NCBI GenBank assembly: GCA_002633005.1
Contig: NMRA01000082.1
Coordinates: 472,576 to 536,575 of the forward strand
Direction: 5' to 3'
Source: Phoronis australis
Lineage: Eukaryota > Animalia > Phoronida
Length of the DNA stretch: 64,000 nucleotides
Positions 21,773 to 33,188 of this stretch are shown in pieces (the stretch's first letter is position 1; each line of letters opens with the position of its first letter). Under the pieces are notes generated by a model that had not been told where the DNA came from, did no database searches, and saw only the letters and a list, made by a program, of their open reading frames with translations. A program made the translations under genes and the position numbers.

Positions 21773-24700
21773 TCAAGACCTTCTGCTCTTCTTTCTGAAA
21801 GAGAAAGAAAATGTGATATTAGCATCAGCCAATAGGATTTGGAGTTCAAAGGTCGAATTAAGGATGTTTGTGTCGCACAAGAATGGCACTGGTAAACTAT
21901 CCAGTGATGACGTTTTGACCAGCCCCTTCACCAAGAGGTCATGGCTCTACAAAGACGGGTCTATAACTAAATTGCATTTCAATTTCTCACTAATGCTATG
22001 CTCTGTGCAACAAGCATAGTGTGCAATAAAACTGAAAAGAAATTTTAACACATTACAACCACTAGGTGTAAACAGCTAATGAACGTGACAAGGTATGTTC
22101 TTTAAACACACCACTCATCAACAAATGCACAGGGGTGACCAAAAAACCCATATCTTTGATAGTCTGTAATAAAGAAAAAAACAAAGAACAACACAGACTT
22201 GGATACTAAAATTTTCATAGAATTAGGCTCAAGTGTACAACATTTCAAAAAATAAAATAGATTAGTTTAGTGCAGATTAAAAAATATATTTTTGGGTCAC
22301 CCTGTACATTGCAAATGCATACCTATTTCCTTTTCGTGCTGTTGGACCTCGTACAAAAGACCAATCAACTGATATCTTTTGACCCAAAATCTCACTACCA
22401 TTAAGTGCCTCAATAGCAGCTTGGGCTTCTTTGAACGTTTCATACTCTAATAAAGCATAACCCTGAAATAAACAAAAAGTTTATGTACTTGTAAGTTGTC
22501 ACATAGCTTGTACATACAATTTGTTTAACATTCATAGCCAGGGTGAACATTAGCATTGACACAATTTCAAACATTTGATAGTGCTTAGCAAATATACATA
22601 GCGTCAGCGATACCGAAACTTTTTCAAAGTTTTACAACTATTCCTCCAATCAATTTCTGAATCAATGTACGGTACAAGCCAAAAGTATTGGGAGGAAATG
22701 ACCTGGAATTCCACTACTGTGATGGGTGGGCCAAAGTCACATTTATCGCCAGAGTAGTCTATCATGATTAGAAAATGACAAGGAATTAGAAAATTTAGAA
22801 TTAAAAGTGACTAAGACATCCTGTAATAAGAATGTTGACACTCTAACATTTATTACAAGTAATTTTTGTAAATAACAGAATTAGCCTTCATGACAGAAAA
22901 ATGGTATTTTGTTCGCCTAAGCGGACCTACCAACAAGTGGTAACTTCAAGTGATTACCATATCTTGAGTAAGCCTCTCTGCCTAAGCAGGCTTACCACAA
23001 TTGGTAACTTCAAATGATTACCGTACCTTGAGATAGCCTGTCCGCCTATCTAAATTGAGATGCATATTCTTGATCTCGCCGTAGTCGGCGAATTTATCAT
23101 AGACATCGTCCTCTTGTGCTTCCTCGTGGACACCCGTGATGAACAGAATCCAACCCTCAATGGCTGTAACCGATACATGGAGAGAGAGGAATGAAATAAC
23201 TAAGCATTGATGCAACTGAGATCAAAATCAAGACCTCAAGTTTCTTTTCAGAGTCTTTTATATTTACCACTTCATGATTGCAATTGCCCATATATCTTAA
23301 TGTGGAAAAAAATTGGGTACAACCTTACAGCTGGATGATTGCCAAGAGATTTCAATTTAGCAGTTGCACATTTACTGTTATGAGCATCACATCTTTCCTT
23401 GCTTCAATTGACATTCCAAAACCAGCAGAAGTTTTTAAATTGAATTTGACATACTGTGAAAGAAGTCTGTCAACACTCAGCCTAACAATGACAAACTTCA
23501 GAATATTTGACAGCTAAACTTTTGACACAATTTAACCATCTTCTGGAGTTAACTGCTGCCAGTAAGCTGACAAAGAGCCAGGAAAACACCTCTCCAGAGT
23601 TCGTCTAGTCAAAACAAAATCGATGTTTAGCTGTAGTTTTGTCCATTGAACTTTGCCGAGTTTCAACTTTCTCCACCTTACTTTTGAAAACTACAGCTGC
23701 AGTTGAGTCATGCAAAACAACAGTTCAATCCAGAATGAAACACAATGTTTCACATTAAAGTCAGGTGGGCAGCTCTCTGTCGACTTATAAATTTCAAAGG
23801 AGAATGCCTTTGGCAAAATGCCTGTTTTGGCCTATTAACAGATATTGATAACTTTCCATTCAGTTTTCTGAAACCAAATAATGCTCTGTAACCTTCTACA
23901 ACCCTCTAAGGATAATTTGAAAACTCCTTTCAAAACTGTTAACGGGCAAGAGTTTACTAAAACTACTTTGTCAGCCAAGCAGCAACTAGACTAAATTCCA
24001 AAGCTGGAAACATGACTTTAAACAAAGTATAAAACGAATTCCGTCAAAATACACTTACAGCGCTGGGGTCCAGGACCATCGCCGCCGGCGTCCTCTGTTT
24101 CCATGGCTTCATACTTCTTGACATCACTTCTAGTGGTGCCCTCTATTGAGAGTTGAAAGACAAAAAACTTAAATATTTGAATTGGTAAATTGAAAAAATC
24201 CAGAAGTTCTCAACATTGCAAAACACAACACAATCCCTATGCCTGCTCCAACTCAATTTCATCCACAAATAAAAATACATTGGAGTCAAGGCAAGCTCAA
24301 ATGATTAAATACTCAACCGAATTCACTAAACAATATATCACATAGCACTGTTATAGAATGGAAGGCTATAGGACTCACTGTCCTGGCTTTTGTGATGGGC
24401 TTTTAAATGTACCTAGTCAAATTGGATAAAATTTCTGAAAACTCGAGCCACTGAATAATTTTTCGTTTTGCCAAAATCCCGCACTTCACGGCATGCTGAT
24501 GCTTTTTAATATCAATTAAACAGATGCAGCGATGCACGTAGCATCAACTTTATCACACTGACAGAAGTTTGAATCCACGACTAGCTTGGTTCTGCAACAC
24601 ATATCTACACTATATTTAACAAAATTAGGCAGTTTTCGTTATGTCAAGCAATGCAATCAGCCTTAGAAAAATGGAGAAATTACACTTTTAGCAATTAATT

Positions 24701-25703
24701 TCGTGCAGAGTAAAGAATTCTCAGCCAAGCTGACGGGAATTGCTTTCAGAGCTTAAAGCAAACAAGTTGCAGCCAAGTGTAAGTGTCAGATTTAAAAGAT
24801 TAACCAAATGTCAAGTGATACGGTGGTTAATGGACTTTACTTTACCATTGCCTGTTCTCCCCAGAGTACCTAACATTATATTGTGACTTGGCTGATTTGA
24901 GCAAGTGAACCATGGACTGCTTCAATACAAAGTTTCATAAGAGGGACTATTTGTAGGAGTTGGAAGGAATAAACAACATCAACATGTCCCTCTATGCGCA
25001 AAAGGTGCTTATAACAATGTGACTCTGATGTTTTAATCTGTGTGAGAAATAAATTGCTAAAAAGCTTCTGGCATACAAAGCAGCTATATGAGTTCACTGG
25101 AGTGCTCTACTGCCAGCTACAGACAGTGGTCAGATGGTCAATGTCCAGGATTCTATGAACTTTTCCAGTTTTGGTGGTCCCTGATTTAAGGAACCACGCA
25201 ATCACTGAATAATTCAGTGGATGTTGGTTCTAAAATTAAGAACTAACAAAACATCACTTCGCTGAAACTGAAAATGTGAACATTATACTGATTGAACAAA
25301 TTTTACGACTTTCGACTTATTGCCGTTGTCGTGAATAGGTAAAGTTGCTGTTTACCTGATCCAAATCCTCGGCCTTTCCTTTTCGTGACTTTTTCTTTCA
25401 GCTTCTGTATACCCTCTGAAAGACGAAATATAAATTTTCAGTTAATCGATTTTAGACTTTTAAGTCGATAACGATTCCATCGTCGGTAAAACGTTGCTGA
25501 CCGAGGACGCCGGAGTGAGACAAGAAGTTGAGGATAGTAAAATGACACAACCTTGAGTTGCATTCCAAATTTAGATAGATTATAGGAAAATGAGACATCG
25601 AAAATGACCATAAACTGGCATATCAGCATTTAAACTTACGATCTCCCTCTTCATCCTCTTCAAATTCCTTGTCAACTTCTTCCAAATCCAAAACGTCCGC
25701 CAT
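21773..25703 (-). CDS. RBM8A: RNA-binding protein 8A (Y14/Tsunagi), exon-junction complex core, 168 aa
   Basis: Exons 25640-25703, 25356-25415, 24059-24142, 23027-23163, 22323-22462 and 21773-21794 (507 nt, phases consistent). Protein: [114 protein letters not shown]. Confidence 0.97.
22129..22304. mobile_element. Tc1/mariner-like MITE in RBM8A intron 5
   Basis: caggggtgaccaaaaaa at the left pairs with tttttgggtcaccctg followed by TA at the right. Confidence 0.5.
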
Positions 25704-26902
25704 GATGCGCAAAATGCCTTTTGATACACTGTAAAATGCTAATCGGCATTAAAACCGTTAATAAACAAATATCACACATGTAAAAAACACATCAATAAAT
25801 TAAAATGATTGATTATTTCTATTTTTGTGTTTTATTTCAAATGAAATAATTCCAGTTTAAGTTGAATTTGATAGTTTGATTACAAAATGTATCACCGCCG
25901 GCAACTGATTTTATTTGTACCAGTAAGCGAGGGCCTCTATTGTAAGAAAAAGGAAGAAACCAGACGACGGCTAGACACATGTCTTTATGATTCTGCGTTA
26001 GTATGTTGCTTCCCATAGTTTCTGGTGGACTTTCTTGAATCACGTTTAGTTTATAATCACATTGAAGTGACGTATTTTCCATGTGCTTGTTGGCACTGGT
26101 GTTGAGGACTGTCAGATTAGTCAGAAAGACAGAAGCATTAATCAACAAAAACAACTAAACTGCGCCTGCTGCTTATTCTGACTGACCTGTTTCTGTAACA
26201 GTGTTAAAACATTTAAACATATCATTATACTGCAACATAGATGAGCCTGAATTCAGTAACACGTAACATGTCGTACATGTACTTTTGTATTTAATCTGTA
26301 TTTTATGTGCACTGTATGTGTAGTTAGTAATAATCATAGGCAATGTCCATCGCCTCTGTTGGCCCGAAGCAGAGGCGATGCAGAGGCTATAGGCGCTCTG
26401 TACGCCGGAAGCTTTTCGGCGAATTATACCTCGCACCGACTAAACCAGCAAAGTCACGTTGTTATAAATACCTTTTGCGCATAGAGGAACACCTTAGGAG
26501 GTTGTCGATGTGTTTAAGTCCTTCCAACTCGATCAAATACTCCCGTTATCAAACTTTTTCTTCGAGCAGTCCCTATTTCAGTTCCCAAAATTGGGAAATC
26601 AAAATTTTTGTACTGCGCACGGTCCAATTTTTACCGCGCTCGCTAGGTGATGTGACACCATCACCTCAATTTTTAAATAGGCCAAAGGTGAGCCATTGCG
26701 GTCTTGTCAGTCAAATGTTCGTTTCCAAAATGCCACCACTTATACTTGTCTTTAATTGGCATTACTTGAAACTGTTTGTATTTCAATGAATTATTGTTTG
26801 TATTTGATAAAAATGAATGCTGTTGATATGACATTTAATAGTCTTTGTGCACATATTTGACATTTTAATGTTTAACAACACGGCAAATGCACGGCTGGTT
26901 CC

Positions 26903-27260
26903 NNNNNNNNNNNNNNNNNNNNNNNNNNNNNNNNNNNNNNNNNNNNNNNNNNNNNNNNNNNNNNNNNNNNNNNNNNNNNNNNNNNNNNNNNNNNNNNNNN
27001 NNNNNNNNNNNNNNNNNNNNNNNNNNNNNNNNNNNNNNNNNNNNNNNNNNNNNNNNNNNNNNNNNNNNNNNNNNNNNNNNNNNNNNNNNNNNNNNNNNNN
27101 NNNNNNNNNNNNNNNNNNNNNNNNNNNNNNNNNNNNNNNNNNNNNNNNNNNNNNNNNNNNNNNNNNNNNNNNNNNNNNNNNNNNNNNNNNNNNNNNNNNN
27201 NNNNNNNNNNNNNNNNNNNNNNNNNNNNNNNNNNNNNNNNNNNNNNNNNNNNNNNNNNNN
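26903..27260. other. assembly gap (N run)
   Basis: Run of n characters. The X-filled ORFs here are artefacts. Confidence 0.99.
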
Positions 27261-27654
27261 AGAAACATTCAGACTTAGTTTGTATTTTTGCCACTAGGTG
27301 TCTCTTTACGTTTTTTAAATTTCACTGTTTACAATTAATTTACAATAGTAAAACATGTAATGTGAGTGTAATATTGTTCAATACAATGGCACTGATGGGA
27401 CCATATTACTTGTTTTACAAAAAAGTCACCAAAACTGTTGTTTTTACAAATATAAGTTTACTAAGCTCTTTGGTGATTATTAGGTAACTTCAAACTCAAA
27501 TTTCTCAAAAATGTGCAACTTTATATGTGGGAACTTTTTAGATTTTGAAAACACTCTAATAAATGAACTAAAAAACACCAAAATAAAATTGCCCCCCTAA
27601 AGTACTCACAAAAACCATTTTCTAGAGGCCCTACAAAATCTGGCCCACCGACTA

Positions 27655-30209
27655 ATAGGACTCACTGCCCTGGCTTTTGTGATGGACTTTTAAATGTACT
27701 AGTCAAATTGGATAAAACTTCTGAAAACTCGAGCCACTGAATAGTTTTTCGTTTTGCCAAAATCCCGCACTTCACGGCATGCTGATGCTTTTTAATATCA
27801 ATTAAACAGATGCAGCGATGCACGTAGCATCAACTTTATCACACTGACAGAAGTTTGAATCCACGACTAGCTTGGTTCTGCAACACATATCTACACTATA
27901 TTTAACAAAATTAGGCAGTTTTCGCTATGTCAAGCAATGCAATCAGCCTTTGAAAAATGGAGAAATTACACTTTTAGCAATTAATTTCGTGCAAAGTAAA
28001 GCATTCTCAGCCAAGCTGATGGGAATTGCTTTCAGAGCTTAAAGCAAACAAGTTGCAGCCAAGTGTAAGTGTCAGATTTAAAAGATTAACCAATTGTCAA
28101 GTGATACGGTGGTTAATGGACTTTACTTTACCATTGCCTGTTCTCCCCAGAGTACCTAACATTATATTGTGACTTGGCTGATTTGAGCGACTGAACCATG
28201 GACTGCTTCTATACAAAGTTTCATAAAAGGGACTATTTGTAGGAGTTGAAAGGAATAAACAACATCAACAGTCTCCTAAGATGTCCCTCTATGCGCAAAA
28301 CGTGCTTATAATAATGTGACTCTAATGTTTTAATCTGTGTGAGAAATAATTTGCTAAAAAGCTTCTGGCATACAAAGCAGCTATATGAGTTCACTGGAGT
28401 GCTCTACTGACAGCTACAGACAGTGGTCAGATGGTCAATGTCCAGGATTCTATGAACTTTTCCAGTTTTGGTGGTCCCTGATTTAAGGAACCATGCAATC
28501 ACTGAATAATTCAGTGGATGTTGGTTCTAAAATTAAGAACTAACAAAACTGAAAATGAAACATTGTACTGATTGAACAAATTTTACGACTTTCGACTTAT
28601 TGCCGTTGTCGTGAATAGGTAAAGTTGCTGTTTACCTGATCCAAATCCTCGGCCTTTCCTTTTCGTGACTTTTTCTTTCAGCTTCTGTATTCCCTCTGAA
28701 AGACGAAATATAAATTTTCAGTTAATCGATTTTAGACTTTTAAGTCGATAACGATTCCATCGTCGGTAAAACGTTGCTGACCGGGGACGCCGGAGTGAGA
28801 CAAGAAGTTGAGGATAGTAAAATGACACAACCTTAAGTTGCATTCCAAATTTAGATAGATTATAGGAAAATGAGATATCGAAAATGACCATAAACTTGCA
28901 TATCAGCGTTTAAACTTACGATCTCCCTCTTCATCCTCTTCAAATTCCTTGTCAACTTCTTCCAAATCCAAAACGTCCGCCATGATGCGCAAAATGCCTT
29001 ATGATACACTGTAAAATGCTAATCGGCATTAAAACCGTTAATAAACAAATATCACACATGTAAAAAACACATCAATAAATTAAAATTTTTGATTATCTCT
29101 AATTTCATGTTTTATTTCGAATGAAATAATTCAAGTTTAAGTTGAATTTGGTAGTTTGATTACAAAATGTATCATCGCCGGCAACTGATTTTATTTGTAC
29201 CAGTAAGCGAGGGCCTCTATTGTAAGAAAAAGGAAGAAACCAGACGACGGCCAGACACATGTCTTTATGATTCTGCGTTAGTAAGTTGCTTCCCATAGTT
29301 TCTGGTGGACTTTCTTGAATCACGTTTCGTTTACAATCCCATTGAAGTGACGTATTTTCCATGTGCTTGTTGGCACTGGTGTTGAGGACTCAGATTAGTC
29401 AGGAAGACAGAAGCATTAATCAACAAAAACAACTGAATTGCGCCTGCTGCTTACTCTGACTGACCTGCTTCTGTAACAGTGTTAGAACATTTAAACATAT
29501 CATTATACTGCAACATAGATGAGCCTGAATTCAGTAACACGTAACATGTCGTACATGTACTTTTGTATTTAATCTGTATTTTATGTGCACTGTATGTATA
29601 ACTATAAGTAGTAGTTAGTAATAATCGTAGGCAATGACCATCCGATGGTCAGACCATCGCCTCTGTTGGCCCGAAGCAGAGACGATGCAGAGGCTATAGG
29701 CGCTCTGTACGCTGGAAGCTTTTCGGCGAATTATGCCTCGCACCGACTAAACCATCAAAGTCACGTTGTTATAAATACCTTTTGCGCATAGAGGAACACC
29801 TTAGGAGGTTGTCGATGTGTTTAAGTCCTTCGAACTCGAACAAATACTCCCGTTATGAAACTTTTTCTTCGAGCAGTCCCTATTTCAATTCCCGAAATCG
29901 TGAAATCAAAATTTTTGTACTGCGCACGCTCCAATTTTTACCGCGCTCGCTAGGTGATGTGACATCATCACCTCAATTTTTAAATAGGCCAAAGGTGAGC
30001 CATTGCGGTCTTGTCAGTCAAATGTTCGTTTCCAAAATGCCACCACTTATACTTGTCTTTAATTGGCGTTACTTGAAACTGTTTGTATTTCAATGAATTA
30101 TTGTTTGTATTTGATAAAAATAAATGCTGTTGATATGACATTTAATAGTCTTTGTGCACATATTTGACATTTTAATGTTTAACAACACGGCAAATGCACG
30201 GCTGGTTCC
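27655..30209 (-). repeat. RBM8A: ~2.5-kb near-identical duplicate of 24368-26902, containing RBM8A exon 1 (28920-28983), exon 2 (28636-28695) and promoter; probably an uncollapsed allele
   Basis: Colinear with scattered SNPs and small indels. The only exonic difference seen is silent (GGT/GGA). The two copies flank an N gap. Confidence 0.85.
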
Positions 30210-31036
30210 CGGAAGCACGTACGCGAAGGGCAGGAACTTCAGCTTTCAAAGTTCGCCGGTATGATCGCAACTTCTGACCTTCGGCCTGGTTAAAAAAAAT
30301 GAAAATTTTGATTTCACGATTTTGGGAACTGAAATAGGGACTGATCGAAGAAAAAGTTTGATAACGGGAGTATTTGTTCGAGTTGGAAGGACTTAAACAC
30401 ATCGACAACCTCCTAAGGTGTTCCTCTTAGCGCAAAAGGTATTTATAACAACGTGACTTTGATGGTTTAGTCGGTGCAAGGCATAATCAGGGCTTGGAAT
30501 TTTCCGCGGAAACGCGGATTTCCGCTTTTTTGAAATGTGCTTTCCGCTTTTTTTTATAATATTTCCGCGTAAAAAAATCGGATTTGATATGAAATTTCCG
30601 CGGCAAATTCCGTTCTTACCGCGGCGTTGCAGACGACGTTCACCTCGGAAAGCGGAAGTTGCTCTTTATGCGTGGTGTGATTTTCAATGGCGGCTCGTGT
30701 TATTGTTAAGCGCGGCGACAAATACTACGGCTCTGCAGCCAAAATTGTGTGGGTTGGGAGTGGACGGGCAAGCGAAAAGGATGCAGATGCATGCTACTGA
30801 TGGTGGTAACGTTTTTCTTTTTTTTTTTAGTCCTGATTTTTGTCGCGGAAAGGTTCACATTGACCATTTCAAAGGCTGGTTATCGGGCATGATTTGGGCC
30901 GTAAAAGTTTCCGCGTTTTTTGTCATCGGTCATTCCAAGCCCTGCATAATTCGCCGAAAAGCTTCCGGCGTACAGAGCGCCTATAGCCTCTGCATCGCCT
31001 CTGCTTCGGGCCAACAGAGGCGATGGTCATTGCCTA
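29628..31036. mobile_element. non-autonomous foldback DNA transposon, ~290-bp TIRs, 9-bp TSD TAATAATCG (partial second copy 26337-26902)
   Basis: Ends taggcaatgaccatc and gatggtcattgccta. Arm 29628-29917 is the reverse complement of 30303-31036 once the nested MITE is removed. taataatcg occurs at 29619-29627 and 31037-31045. Confidence 0.88.
30488..30944 (+). mobile_element. MITE, TIR CAGGGCTTGGAA, 6-bp TSD CATAAT (nested in the foldback arm)
   Basis: cataat|cagggcttggaa ... ttccaagccctg|cataat. The uninterrupted site is visible in the opposite arm. Confidence 0.92.
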
Positions 31037-31199
31037 TAATAATCGGTGAGGTTTAATAAGTGGAACATTAGCACAAGTGCTATCATTGTGTAGTTTAAGT
31101 TTTTGTAATTGAAGTTTGTATTTCTTTAAATTGTTGTTTAATATCACTTTAGCTAATGTTTCATTGTTAAACCTCATCAACTTCTAATTAAAGATTACT

Positions 31200-32550
31200 A
31201 GACTACTAGGTTGTTGGTAGTCTGCCATGTCGATTGCTGTGATTGGCTGTTGCTTGACCTTCGTTGGGGGGTCATTCATTGTCTGAACCCGATTGAAGGT
31301 CAAGCAGTACATAATCATGTGCATCACACAGTGGCGAGATTGCGAACTTTGCCAGACTTCCAGCGCATATCTAGTGTCGTTGTGTCCAGGCAACTCCCTC
31401 CCTTGATTATATGGTGTATACTGGAGGTATGTTTTAACAGATCAAAATCAGCTCCAGTGGTTTGGTTCACTGTAGTTGCCCGCGTTGTAGTAGACACGTA
31501 ATCTGTCTGTAGTGTAAATAATTTAGCAGTACGTGCACTTCTGCTGGAACTACTAAGTAGAAGGTATTGTCTTGCCTATAGGTGTGGTGAATGAACGTCA
31601 ACACGTAATAAATTACGGCGTTTTCTCGTTGGTCCCAACTTGTTCGATTCTATAGCCCAAAACAAGTTGCAGGGCTTGGAATTTTCCGCAGAAACGCGGA
31701 TTTCCGCTTTTTTCAAATCTTCTGTCCGCGCATTTTATTATATTTCCGCGTAAAAAAAATCGGATTTGATATGAAATTTCCGCAGCAAATTCCTTTCTTA
31801 CCGCGGCGTTGCAGACGACGTTCACCTCGAAAAGCAAAAGTTGCTCTTTATGTTTTGGAGGAACGTAAATTGTTTACATTGCCGGGGCATCTGGGATAGC
31901 ATGGTGGGATTTTCAATGGCGACTCGTGTTATTGTAATCCGCGGCGACAAATACTACGGCTCTGCAGCCAAAAATGTGTGGGTTGGGAGTGGACGGACGA
32001 GCTAAAAGGACGCAGACGCATGCTATTGATGATGGTAACGTTTTTTTGTTTTTTTTTTAGTCTTCCCGATTTTTGTCGGGGAAAGGTTCACATTGACCAT
32101 TTCAAGGCTGAGTAGCGCGCATGATTTGGGCCGTAGAAGTTTCCGCGTTTTTTGTCATTGGTCATTCCAAGCCCTGAAGTTGGGAAGATGACTCCTGTAG
32201 CCAATATCTTACATGACTGATAATCTGCATTCAGGCATTTTTGGTTGGAGGGCCAGCTCTCTATTGCTCGATAATTGCTCTAATCTCCAATAAGATCGTA
32301 TCTTGCCTGACTGGGCTGTGGTGTTGAAAATTAAAGTTATAGCATATTTGAAGATAAACCAATAGCATTTCTGAATTCCTTGTCAAATGGTATCATGTTT
32401 AGTTCTTGAATCGTCAAAATCACCTAACTACAACTGAAGTTACGACAAGCTATTCTTTCTGAACGTACCAACTCGCTCTGGGTTTGACTGTGTTCACATG
32501 TGGTGTGTAATAAGCCTGGTAGATAATTGGCCTGCCTGTTATACCAGACA
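31200..32550 (-). mobile_element. highly decayed CR1/L2-like LINE reverse transcriptase (RT) fragments
   Basis: Minus-strand remnants FRKNSLS*LQL (cf. FRKGRSCETQL), PFDK (cf. AFDKV) and WQSSQSRH..MIMY..FNRV (cf. LINE C-terminal W.SL..RR...MMYKI). Confidence 0.35.
31670..32176 (+). mobile_element. MITE, TIR CAGGGCTTGGAA, 6-bp TSD AAGTTG
   Basis: aagttg|cagggcttggaa ... ttccaagccctg|aagttg. Internal sequence is highly similar to 30488-30944. Confidence 0.92.
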
Positions 32551-33188
32551 AAATAATGTGCTTGGCAGTTAACAAGGGAGCTACATGTTATCACATGCTC
32601 ACAATCCTCTACGTCTGGTAAAGTTACTGAACGGGAGAAACTGTCACGAGTAAGTGAACAAGATGGAATAAAAATTTAGCGATTTAGTTGAAGCTCAATT
32701 TTTCATTTCACTGCAACTGTATCTGCATATAATTTGCAGTGGTCTCACAACAAAACTTGCATCAAAAACCTAGTAGTCCAACCGCATGCAAGTTTTTGCA
32801 ACTCTGACATTCAAATGACACTTGACTTGTCCTGCTATTTCTAAGAAACACAGTCTAACGAACGTCATTTTCTGTTGTCACTGTTTAACGTTTGTACTGG
32901 TCAAAAAGGTGAGACATCAGTTTCATGCACCATTTGCTTGATTTTTGGTTTCGTTTTGTTAAGTGACATGATTTGGGATATGATGACAACTTTACCAAAA
33001 CAAATTTCCTCCATAATTTCAATTTGCTGGAAGTATTCTATTCAAGCCTACTAACAGACAATTCTGCTTACAGATGGCGCTCTGAATTGATGCACATGAT
33101 CAGTCTAGGACAACCTGTCAGAGACCGATTGTGATCAACATTGCTTTATAACACGTATTGATTTTTTGTTACAGGTACGTACATCTAA

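Noticed and set aside
26783-27297. Four long ORFs in the ORF track
   Set aside because: They are translations of the N gap.
26173-31056. ORFs of 78-173 aa around 26.2-31.1 kb (and 36.5-37.1 kb)
   Set aside because: They lie in TIR arms or MITE interiors, recur with frameshifts between copies and show no transposase motifs.
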